From assembly GCA_038206875.1 (NCBI GenBank), contig JBBRAK010000006.1, positions 253 through 64,252 of the forward strand: a stretch of 64,000 nucleotides of DNA, in the 5' to 3' direction. Both the position numbers and the translations under genes were made by a program. The notes beneath the pieces are model-generated. The model saw only the letters and a list, made by a program, of their open reading frames with translations, did no database searches and was not told the DNA's origin. Origin of the DNA: Candidatus Saccharimonadales bacterium. Lineage in GTDB: Bacteria > Patescibacteriota > Saccharimonadia > Saccharimonadales > JBBQAJ01. Numbering within the stretch: the first letter of the stretch is position 1; each line of letters opens with the position of its first letter. This document shows positions 19,522 through 27,403 of the stretch, piece by piece.

Positions 19522-19992
19522 ATGTCCCTCCCAGGCGAAGATGCTTTAGACCTATGCGATGATATGGCTGGTGAGCTAAACCTTGAAATGTTTCAGATTT
19601 TTCCAGAAAGATTTGAAACGAATGTCGGAAATTACATCGTTATGAATGAAGTAATGTATGTTGGGCCAAACTCGTTTCCCGACTACGACAAACCTCGTCA
19701 TGTTCAACATGGAGATATAGCAGAGGGGGTACTAGCTAAAGAAGGGCGTCTTGCTAAAATGATGGAACTATACTACGCCAAGCCGGACGATAATATTAGC
19801 TTGATGCATGTTTTGGGCGTAACTGACGGTGGACTTATTATTTTTGTGGAAGAAGATGGCGTCAAAAGCGTTGAGCTAGGGGGAAACAGTGGCACCTTTT
19901 TCGATATAGCTGATGAGACATCAAGAATTATGTCAGCAGGCATAGCAAAACGCGTCTTAGGTTCTGAAGTGAATGTTGTTCTGCTTAGCTAA
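19522..19992 (+). CDS. hypothetical protein
   Basis: ORF 19516..19992. Position 19516 is TTG and the first ATG is at 19522. Acidic soluble protein with no motif recognised. Confidence 0.5.
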   Translation: MSLPGEDALDLCDDMAGELNLEMFQIFPERFETNVGNYIVMNEVMYVGPNSFPDYDKPRHVQHGDIAEGVLAKEGRLAKMMELYYAKPDDNISLMHVLGVTDGGLIIFVEEDGVKSVELGGNSGTFFDIADETSRIMSAGIAKRVLGSEVNVVLLS

Positions 19993-20129
19993 AGTGACCT
20001 TCAGGTTTTGTAGTTTCACTTTGTGAACTAAGTACGTCTTGAATAATCAAATAATTTATATTAATCTGAACGTTCAAATATGTACACGACATATGAGTGA
20101 TATAATGAATGGGTAAGAAAAGGAGATCT

Positions 20130-20357
20130 ATGTCAGCAGGCGATCAAGTTCGAAACGCAGCACAGCAAGCTAAATTACAAGCCAAACAACACCGAGACCA
20201 AGCGACGAATATGCACAGATCAGCAGTTGATCTTGAGAGAGTAGCTACCCAGCTGGAGACAGAAGCATCGAACCTCGAACGGCAGGCAAAAGAGTCTGAC
20301 AATGCTGAACAACGAGCACAGCAAACTATGAACAAGTTTAAAAATCAGAATTTATAA
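20130..20357 (+). CDS. small coiled-coil protein
   Basis: The ATG at 20130 is preceded by AAGGAG. An extended -10 TGATATAAT lies at 20098-20106, so the longer ORF start at 20109 would sit at or upstream of the likely TSS. The sequence is Q/A/E/R-rich heptad-like. Confidence 0.5.
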   Translation: MSAGDQVRNAAQQAKLQAKQHRDQATNMHRSAVDLERVATQLETEASNLERQAKESDNAEQRAQQTMNKFKNQNL

Positions 20358-20377
20358 GCAAGGGCTGAAGTTAAACA

Positions 20378-20632
20378 ATGGCTAAAAACCCAACCGATAA
20401 AGAGCTTGCCGAAATCGGCAAAAAGATGATGTATCTTTATCAAACTGGATTCGTCAGCTACAAACAGTCTCTCAAATATACGTTTCTAAGGGGGATAGTT
20501 TACGGTTTCGGCTTGTTCCTGGGAGGTACAATAGTGGTTGCAGTTGCACTATGGTTTTTAAGTCTGTTTGACCAACTCCCCTTTATTGACCACATCGTTA
20601 ACGCTATCCAGAGCTCCACCAAACTTAACTAA
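20378..20632 (+). CDS. small membrane protein resembling DUF5665
   Basis: 84 aa. FLRGIVYGFGLFLGGTIVVAVALWFL resembles the DUF5665 family as I recall it from CPR genomes. Confidence 0.5.
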   Translation: MAKNPTDKELAEIGKKMMYLYQTGFVSYKQSLKYTFLRGIVYGFGLFLGGTIVVAVALWFLSLFDQLPFIDHIVNAIQSSTKLN

Positions 20633-20650
20633 CCGCTGTGTTTTCGCAAC

Positions 20651-20786
20651 CTCAGCCCGGTTGCCTGTGGAAAGGATTTTGCACATCTTTCTACCATGGC
20701 ATCGATTTCTACAGAAGCATCGTTTGTGTCTACAGGAAACCCGTCGGGTGATTGTTTAAGCACTGCTAAGTTATTGGGGGTTAGGG
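20651..20786 (-). pseudogene. displaced fragment paralogous to codons ~406-451 of the 544-aa gene at 22229..23863
   Basis: About 126 of 136 nt are identical to 22512-22647, same orientation, offset 1861 bp. The minus strand reads LTPNNLAVLKQSPDGFPVDTNDASVEIDAMVERCAKSFPQATGLR, then diverges (LRKHSG) and stops. No start codon. It abuts the stop of the 20781..22034 gene in a different frame. Confidence 0.8.
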
Positions 20787-22034
20787 GAATCCAATACCAG
20801 GACTGGCATGGCCCGTAATAAAGTTCTTGAGATAGTCAAAGTTAGGTCCGGGGTTGGCTACGTAGTTGTCATACTCTGGTCCGGAGCTTCCCATAAAGAC
20901 CCAAGCGAATAAGCCATAATCTACTAACTGTTTTAGTGAGGCATCAGTGAACATTTCTTGCTCGAACTTAGCAAAGCCGTCGCGCTCACATCCTGCTGGA
21001 GTTCCGGTAGCAGGAAACATTTGAAAGTGAGATATCATGACTGGCTTTCCGTAACTGCCCAGTTGCTTCACCGAACTACGAATCTGCGGTACTAATATGC
21101 TTTGACCGTTAACTTCATTGTTACAGGCATGCATTTCCTGGACTGCAGTAAAGTCGCTGGCACTGATAGCACTGTTCCAAAAGCTGAGGTCGATTACAGT
21201 GGTTGGCAAGGGGTTGTACCAACTGTACCCTCCAAAACCCAAAGCTACCTTTGCTTGACTGTTTGCACTATGAATAGCCGACACTGCACTTACGTAGGAC
21301 TGCCTGAGCGCTGTGTTGTATTCATCTTTCGTATGCGCCTGTTTGTATGCTGCAGTATTACTTTCATAGTAGGTTTCAACTTCTGTGAAGAGAACGACAT
21401 ATAGTGGTCCATGTTGTGCTACTAAATTGTTTGGGTTTGGATTGGGTACTGTACCGCCAAAAGTTGTAGCCAGACTGGCAATATCTTGTTGGAACTGTGG
21501 GGTTAGTGGATATTGTGGGTCAGGCGCTAACCAGACAACAAGCTCCATAGCATTGCCGGCGGCGTAGATGTCAGAAATTCCCATGCCATTACGATACCCA
21601 GTCATCCAGCCTAGGTCTCCAGCGCCATTGTACCAAGCAGTAATCATCTTAGTTGGTGACTGAGTGTGGAGTAGTGAGTGTAGCGCCTGATCTGGCTCAT
21701 CACCTATACCCCAGAGAATTTTTGGAGTGGCACCACCAAACAAAAGCGATTTACCCCCGCTCGCCGAGGCATCAGTTCCTGTGGATGGGGACAGGCTGGC
21801 AGACCCTGTCACTTGTCCAACTTCAGCTTCTATTTTTAATGCCGGAGATGCAGCTTTTGTACTGGCTAGAAAGACTATGCCGATAATGCCAAATACCACT
21901 ACAAAAACCACTGGCCTGGCTCTGACATGTTTCTTCGTGAGCCTAGATAGAAGTAAAAACTTTTTTGCTATTTCTTTGCGCTTTAACATATTGTCTATAC
22001 TAATTGTAGCTCTGTCTCCTTTGAAGAACAACAA
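20781..22034 (-). CDS. secreted/anchored hypothetical protein, possibly a TIM-barrel glycoside-hydrolase-like fold
   Basis: 417 aa, with an alternative start at Met16 (21989). TM anchor VVFVVVFGIIGIVFLA, then the module IEAEVGQVTGSAS...ASGGKSLLFGG, then a domain with FTEVETYY and MISHFQMF. The hydrolase assignment is weak. Confidence 0.4.
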   Translation of the reverse strand: MLFFKGDRATISIDNMLKRKEIAKKFLLLSRLTKKHVRARPVVFVVVFGIIGIVFLASTKAASPALKIEAEVGQVTGSASLSPSTGTDASASGGKSLLFGGATPKILWGIGDEPDQALHSLLHTQSPTKMITAWYNGAGDLGWMTGYRNGMGISDIYAAGNAMELVVWLAPDPQYPLTPQFQQDIASLATTFGGTVPNPNPNNLVAQHGPLYVVLFTEVETYYESNTAAYKQAHTKDEYNTALRQSYVSAVSAIHSANSQAKVALGFGGYSWYNPLPTTVIDLSFWNSAISASDFTAVQEMHACNNEVNGQSILVPQIRSSVKQLGSYGKPVMISHFQMFPATGTPAGCERDGFAKFEQEMFTDASLKQLVDYGLFAWVFMGSSGPEYDNYVANPGPNFDYLKNFITGHASPGIGFP

Positions 22035-22228
22035 TCTAGTCGCCTTCCTAACCGCGCGCTCAATTCAAATCTACGAATATGATTCACTAAATGAAGATGC
22101 ATTTAAAGCATTCATTAAGACCATCGCCAAAAACAACCGTGCAGGTGGATGGCGAAAACTAAAGTAGATGTAACCTAGTTTCTGCAAAATAATTTTTTCT
22201 GGAAAATAGTTTGTATTCCGTCAATTCT

Positions 22229-23863
22229 TCAAGATGGATTATATTTAGCATCTTGCTCGTTGTGATGCAGTATTTCTCTTATAGCTACGCTATCACCGCC
22301 TGGACCGGATATAACGCAATAAATTACCCTGGTTCTGTAGGATACGTTTCCACTAGATTTTACAGTGACATTTTTGCGTGTTGTAGCATTCCTTAGTGGC
22401 ACCTTCTTTCCGTTGTGCCCAACCAGATTTATAACTTGTCCTTTTAGATTTTTTGTCCCGGGACCAAAAGGATCGTCTAGCACGGCTTTAACTAATGAAC
22501 TTATCGAATCTCTCAGCCCGGTTTCCTGTGGATAGGATTTTGCATATCTTTCTACCATGGCATCAATTTCTTCAGAAGCATCGTTTATATCTACAAGAAA
22601 CCCGTCGGGTGATTGTTTAAGCACTGCTAAGTTATTGGGAGTTAAGGACGTTTCAATATCACTTACTCCTAAAATTTGCCTAAGTGATGGTTTAGCACGT
22701 AAGCGTCTGCCTTTTGCTTTTCCTGAACTCCGTTTTCGTGAGCCTGCCTCTCTCCCAGTTGCATTTCGAGTTTCACCAATTAGAAGATTTAAGCGTTCTT
22801 CGGTCGGTGTGCAGCGGCTTCTAATCACATAGTTTTTTAGAAGTTCTTTAATCGTATTTTGAAGAAAGTCTATACGACCGTTCGCGTATGTCTGGAAGGC
22901 TTCTTTTAATTCCGCCGGCCAAGTAGATTCCAGCGAAGAAATTATTTCTGCTGGATCAACGAAATAGACTGGATCTGTGGTTTCAATAATTTTTGCAATT
23001 AATTTGGTCCACTCTTGAATCTTAGAATCAATGCCTGCTACCTCACCAGAAAGTAAGGCATCCAAGAACTCACCCTGCAGGGTCTCACTTGCAATAGTCC
23101 TTAACTTGTCTAAAGCTTGAGTCAGTACTGAATCTTGATTTTCTTGACCGTTATCTAGTAAATCTTGGGCTAGCATCTGTAGATAAGCTCTGTAATCACC
23201 CTCCTCATCTTCTCGGACTTGCTTAAGCCATGCTACGAAAGATTCGGCTTGTGGTATGCCGGCTTCTACATAGCCAGATGTATGTGCCACAAGTTCCTTG
23301 GTTGCTTTATATATTAGCTCGTAATCTGTAGCAAGTTGTGGAGCAAGGCTAGCAATAACAATAGAACCTTCTTCTAGAAACTCTGCTTCGCCATCCACCT
23401 GGTAGTAGCCAAAAACGTTTTCGATAGCACTATTGACATAAATGCTAAGAACAGCAGTCGATTCTGGCAAACCCTCAAACTCTGAAAGCACAGGACTATT
23501 TGGGACATTTTTGTGCATACCGTGTCTAACAGAGAACGCAATAGCTTCAACGGCAATAGAGAAGAATCTTTCATGTATATTTGCATCATTCTGCCTCCGC
23601 ATTTCACGGTTCGTGCTTCCTCCCGCCGAATCGTTACCACATTTGTCTGACGCCCTAACAACAATATCGATAACATCTGCCAAAACAGCTCTTTTTATCG
23701 CCTCGGTGCGTTGCCAACTTTCATCTATTTCTACCACTACTGGACGAATTTGGTCAGCTATATCCGTAAAATTGCATAACAAATCAAAGTCGGTTTCCGG
23801 ATTTTTGTTTGCTACCGGTATAGAATTTGCAGATGATGCTTCTCCGCCTGTTTCAAAATTCAT
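22229..23863 (-). CDS. orphan 544-aa protein: unknown N-terminal ~380 aa, basic linker, C-terminal RelE/ParE-like toxin-fold signature
   Basis: Continuous ORF. Linker GREAGSRKRSSGKAKGRRLRAKP. The C-terminal ~115 aa read EEIDAMVERYAKSYPQETGLRDSISSLVKAVLDDPFGPGTKNLKG ... SYRTRVIYCVISGPGGDSVAIREILHHNEQDAKY. This matches the helix-helix-beta pattern and the YRxxY...I..I.HH ending of RelE/ParE toxins. Confidence 0.55.
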   Translation of the reverse strand: MNFETGGEASSANSIPVANKNPETDFDLLCNFTDIADQIRPVVVEIDESWQRTEAIKRAVLADVIDIVVRASDKCGNDSAGGSTNREMRRQNDANIHERFFSIAVEAIAFSVRHGMHKNVPNSPVLSEFEGLPESTAVLSIYVNSAIENVFGYYQVDGEAEFLEEGSIVIASLAPQLATDYELIYKATKELVAHTSGYVEAGIPQAESFVAWLKQVREDEEGDYRAYLQMLAQDLLDNGQENQDSVLTQALDKLRTIASETLQGEFLDALLSGEVAGIDSKIQEWTKLIAKIIETTDPVYFVDPAEIISSLESTWPAELKEAFQTYANGRIDFLQNTIKELLKNYVIRSRCTPTEERLNLLIGETRNATGREAGSRKRSSGKAKGRRLRAKPSLRQILGVSDIETSLTPNNLAVLKQSPDGFLVDINDASEEIDAMVERYAKSYPQETGLRDSISSLVKAVLDDPFGPGTKNLKGQVINLVGHNGKKVPLRNATTRKNVTVKSSGNVSYRTRVIYCVISGPGGDSVAIREILHHNEQDAKYNPS

Positions 23864-23944
23864 TGTGAGATATTATATAACTATACTTGAGTTAGTGCAA
23901 ATATAAGCATGTGTTATCCTGCGTTACTTTCGCAGAATTTTACA

Positions 23945-23990
23945 TTGACAGACTTTTCTTGTAAATGTATACTTAACTTGTTGGTTAAGT
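23945..23990 (+). promoter_or_regulatory. near-consensus sigma70-type promoter plus palindromic operator upstream of the ArsR-family gene
   Basis: TTGACA (23945-23950), a 17-nt spacer, then TATACT (23968-23973). Inverted repeat ACTTAAC-TTGTTG-GTTAAGT at 23971-23990 ends 3 nt before the ATG. Confidence 0.5.
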
Positions 23991-23993
23991 ATT

Positions 23994-24329
23994 ATGAAAA
24001 GGGAAGAATTGTCCATACAAATAGATAAAATCTTTGACGCGCTTGCCAATGAGCACCGGCGCGGAATGATTCATATGCTCGCCTACCGACCAGCTACTAT
24101 TAGTCAGCTAGCGACTCCGTTTGGACTATCCCTTCCTGCTATCCATAAGCACATTAAAGTGCTTCTGGATGCAGATTTGATAAGAGTAGAGAAGTCAGGT
24201 CGTAGCAGATATGTTGCGCTGAATCCTGATTCGCTCGACTTGGCGAAGCAATGGCTGAGCCAATATCACACACATTGGGGTAGTCGGCACGAAACGCTAG
24301 AAAATTATATAGCGCACCTGCCGGATTAA
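23994..24329 (+). CDS. ArsR/SmtB family transcriptional regulator
   Basis: 111 aa. Winged-HTH pattern FDALANEHRRGMIHML ... TISQLATPFGLSLPAIHKHIKVLLDADLI. Confidence 0.8.
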   Translation: MKREELSIQIDKIFDALANEHRRGMIHMLAYRPATISQLATPFGLSLPAIHKHIKVLLDADLIRVEKSGRSRYVALNPDSLDLAKQWLSQYHTHWGSRHETLENYIAHLPD

Positions 24330-24369
24330 ATAACTAATACGCCACCAAGGCGAGAAGAAAGGAGCTAAC

Positions 24370-24687
24370 ATGGCGAACTACATGTTACTTTATTACAAAA
24401 CAGAAAACGACGACACCAAAAAGACAATGCCAGAAATAATGGATGACTGGAAACAATGGTTTGGAAGCTTGGGAGACAAACTTGTAGACGGTGGCGGACC
24501 GTTCAATGATAACGGCCAAGCCGTAGAAAACAGTGGAGTAAATGCTATAGAAAACTTCCCTTCTAGCGGATATTCTATTGTAAAAGCCGGCAGTATGGAC
24601 GACGCCGTAGCGCTAGCAAAAAGTTGCCCAATGCTAGAGCACAACAAGACAACGGCAATCCGCGTCTATGAAGTCATGCCAATGTAA
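24370..24687 (+). CDS. YciI-like (dimeric alpha/beta barrel) family protein
   Basis: 105 aa. Starts MANYMLLYY, with SIVKAGSMDDAVALAKSCP typical of YCII-related proteins, which are often paired with ArsR regulators. Confidence 0.55.
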   Translation: MANYMLLYYKTENDDTKKTMPEIMDDWKQWFGSLGDKLVDGGGPFNDNGQAVENSGVNAIENFPSSGYSIVKAGSMDDAVALAKSCPMLEHNKTTAIRVYEVMPM

Positions 24688-24765
24688 TTTGACTAGATCC
24701 GAAATTTTAGAATCTCCTCCTTCATGAAACCACACTAATCGACATGGCTTTGGTATACTTAGCAT

Positions 24766-25509
24766 ATGAAAATTTCAGAGGATAGGATTGTTATTGTAAC
24801 CGGTGCTAGCCAAGGTATCGGCAGAGCCATCGCCGTTCAACTCGCCCTAGCAGGCTATACAGTTCACGGAACCTACAGTTCTTCTTCTGAAAGTGCTGAA
24901 GAACTTGCAAAGAAACATAGCATAATTTTTCACAAAGTAGATTTTTCTCATAGAGAGCAAACACTTGAGATGGCAGAAATGCTGACGAAACTTAAACCAT
25001 ATGCGTTAATCAACAACGCTGGTGTCTGGGAGATGGACGATCTAAACAAACCAAATTTCGACAATTGGGATAAAACACTAGAGGTCAATCTAACCGCACC
25101 ATTAATTCTGTCTAGAATAGTAGGTAAGTCTATGGCTTCAGGTAGTAGCATTGTTAACATTTCTAGTACAGACGGCTTGACTGGAGCTTATGGTGGAATT
25201 AGTTATTCTGCCAGCAAGGCAGGTCTGATAAATGCTACCAAAAGCCTGGGTAACACTTTTGGCCCTCTCGGCGTACGCGTTAACGCCATTGCACCAGGCT
25301 GGATTGAAACGTCAATGGTTGGCAATGAGGCTACTGATAACGCCAAAGATACAAACCCCTTGAAGCGCACCGGAAAGCCAAGTGAGGTGGCAGATGTGGT
25401 TGAGTTTTTGATATCTGAAAAAGCCAGCTACATAAACGGTGAAACAATTGTTGTTGATGGTGGTGGCAATAACGTAGACTATGGACTTAAAAGAGAGTCG
25501 GGCTATTAG
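24766..25509 (+). CDS. SDR family oxidoreductase (FabG-like)
   Basis: 247 aa with TGASQGIGRAIA, NNAG, the catalytic YSASKAG, and PGWIET. Confidence 0.85.
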   Translation: MKISEDRIVIVTGASQGIGRAIAVQLALAGYTVHGTYSSSSESAEELAKKHSIIFHKVDFSHREQTLEMAEMLTKLKPYALINNAGVWEMDDLNKPNFDNWDKTLEVNLTAPLILSRIVGKSMASGSSIVNISSTDGLTGAYGGISYSASKAGLINATKSLGNTFGPLGVRVNAIAPGWIETSMVGNEATDNAKDTNPLKRTGKPSEVADVVEFLISEKASYINGETIVVDGGGNNVDYGLKRESGY

Positions 25510-25554
25510 ACAATAGAAATAGACAAAGCATAAATTGTCGATCTTGATTATTTC

Positions 25555-26070
25555 TTATGCTACTTGTTCAAAATCTATTGTGTGTTGCTCTTGAACCGAG
25601 TTGTCTGGATACGCACTTAAATTACTAATATCGACGCCACAGGCATCGATGAGTTTTAAATATTCCATCAATGAAGAATTTTCATCAATTAGTATGTCTA
25701 TATTTGTGCCGATTCGTTCTGCCGATTTGACTTTACCCTGAAGTAATTGTTCTTCGCCAATCGTAGCTGCATTAATTATGGTTTTTACGGTATTTGGATG
25801 TAGGTTTCTAATTCTACCGCGGTGCAATTCTTCGTCATGATCATACCAATATCCCTCTGCGGGTGATATCCATATTCCTAGCTGCAAATATGAAAATAAC
25901 TCGTCAAGCTCTGTTCTGGCATCTCCAGGAAGTATACCCAGTTTTAAACATTCCCGTGGATTTACTCCGACTGCTCTTTGGACCCTGGCAGACTCTGCGT
26001 TAAACGCAGTAGCCTCTCCATTAACATCTGGTACAAAAATCTCACTGGACTCGGGTAGTCTGTGTAGCAT
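25555..26070 (-). CDS. hypothetical protein downstream of the cyo operon
   Basis: 171-aa acidic soluble ORF, 50 nt downstream of cyoD on the same strand. No motif recognised. Confidence 0.45.
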   Translation of the reverse strand: MLHRLPESSEIFVPDVNGEATAFNAESARVQRAVGVNPRECLKLGILPGDARTELDELFSYLQLGIWISPAEGYWYDHDEELHRGRIRNLHPNTVKTIINAATIGEEQLLQGKVKSAERIGTNIDILIDENSSLMEYLKLIDACGVDISNLSAYPDNSVQEQHTIDFEQVA

Positions 26071-26120
26071 AAAACTACTCTAAAACTTCTCAAGTATTTT
26101 GTCAATATTATTGATTCCAG

Positions 26121-26816
26121 CTAAAAATTAGTTACAGTGAAGGTTCCGGTTGTTTCTGGTTTTAAATGGTCGTGAAAGTTATATGTTCCGGGTTCCGAGA
26201 GGGTAATTGATTTACTGCGCCCAGGGCGTACTAGTACTTCATACTCCCCAGCATAAGATTCATGCGCAGGATGTGTTCCAAATGATATTTCTACTGCCTG
26301 CTTATCGTCATTGATAAAAGTCAGTGTGTCGCATTTACCAGCCACAGTGCGAAGTGGGTCTGCCTGAGCGTTCTTTATTCTAACTTGATGGTTTGATTTT
26401 TGACCTTGACATGCACCAGTAACTTCGCCACCTATTTGATAGATCCCTTCGTCACCAACCAGTTTCTTTGTTTGGTTAGTTGGTGACATATTGTAGTGCA
26501 GATTGTTAATAATCATTATTGAACCGCCAACTACGATCCCTACAACACCTATGGTTGCTATAAAGAAAAATAAATTCCAGTTTGGCTTTGGCCCACGCCC
26601 CAAGTGTAAAAAAAACGTCACCTGAATAATCATCTGTATTACAGCAAATCCGACAATTGCTAAAAGTAATTGTGTGCCAGAGATAGTTTGGTTTACTACA
26701 AGGTAGTAAGGAATAAACGTAAATAACAGTGATAATATGAACCCTATCACGTAAGTCGACACATCCCCGCGTTCTGGCTTTGGATTGTTGCTTGTTTTTA
26801 GCATATTGTCACTCAT
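26121..26816 (-). CDS. cyoD: cytochrome o/bo3-type quinol oxidase subunit IV fused to a C-terminal cupredoxin-like domain
   Basis: Start set to the ATG at 26816 (MSDNMLKTS), which has an ATGA overlap with the cyoC stop. The N-terminal ~110 aa have three TM helices in CyoD style (YVIGFILSLLFTFIPYYLV, FFLHLG). The C-terminal ~120 aa carry THPAH and NFHDHLKPETTGTFTV, paralogous to 10834..11217. Confidence 0.7.
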   Translation of the reverse strand: MSDNMLKTSNNPKPERGDVSTYVIGFILSLLFTFIPYYLVVNQTISGTQLLLAIVGFAVIQMIIQVTFFLHLGRGPKPNWNLFFFIATIGVVGIVVGGSIMIINNLHYNMSPTNQTKKLVGDEGIYQIGGEVTGACQGQKSNHQVRIKNAQADPLRTVAGKCDTLTFINDDKQAVEISFGTHPAHESYAGEYEVLVRPGRSKSITLSEPGTYNFHDHLKPETTGTFTVTNF

Positions 26817-27403
26817 ACAAAAGCCCTCAAATAAACTATAGTAAAGATAAATATCCATATTATGTCTAGGAAGTGCCAGAACAGGCTGAGCATTGCCAAT
26901 TTTCGAACCAACGGAGCGTTAAGTCCCCTTTTCATGACATAAACCATTGTGGTTGCCATCCATAATAGCCCAGATGTTATATGCAATCCATGCGTGCCAA
27001 CCAGCACAAAGAATGACGACAGAAAGGCATTTGTCTGCAAAGTGTGACCCGCGTGAATAAACTCGGCAAACTCTTTCATTTCCAGACTTAAAAACGCTAG
27101 CCCGAGTGCAAAAGTAATACCAAGCCATATGAGAGTCTGGATTTTGTTGCCACGGCGTACAGCTAACATGGCGATTCCGACCGTAAAACTACTGGTTAGA
27201 AGAATCAATGTTTCGGTTAGAGCTAGCGGTAAGCTGAAAAGATCATATCCAGTTTCACCACCAAGTGTGCTGTTATGCAACACGGAATACACAGCGAACA
27301 GGACGGAAAACATCAAAAGGTCTGTCATCAAATATATCCAGAATCCAAACATTGCCCTATCTGTGGCTTCAGCTTCGTGATCTGTTTTTACCATTTTTGC
27401 CAC
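26813..27403 (-). CDS. cyoC: quinol oxidase subunit III
   Basis: 196 aa with 5 TM helices. Heme-copper oxidase subunit III pattern including LFWHFLDIIWIFIFT. Confidence 0.85.
   Translation of the reverse strand: MAKMVKTDHEAEATDRAMFGFWIYLMTDLLMFSVLFAVYSVLHNSTLGGETGYDLFSLPLALTETLILLTSSFTVGIAMLAVRRGNKIQTLIWLGITFALGLAFLSLEMKEFAEFIHAGHTLQTNAFLSSFFVLVGTHGLHITSGLLWMATTMVYVMKRGLNAPLVRKLAMLSLFWHFLDIIWIFIFTIVYLRAFV

Noticed and set aside
21727-22167. 146-aa plus-strand ORF spanning the start of the 20781..22034 gene and the spacer
   Set aside because: It is mostly antisense to a better-supported secreted-protein gene. It has no SD and a Pro/Ala-rich shadow-frame composition.
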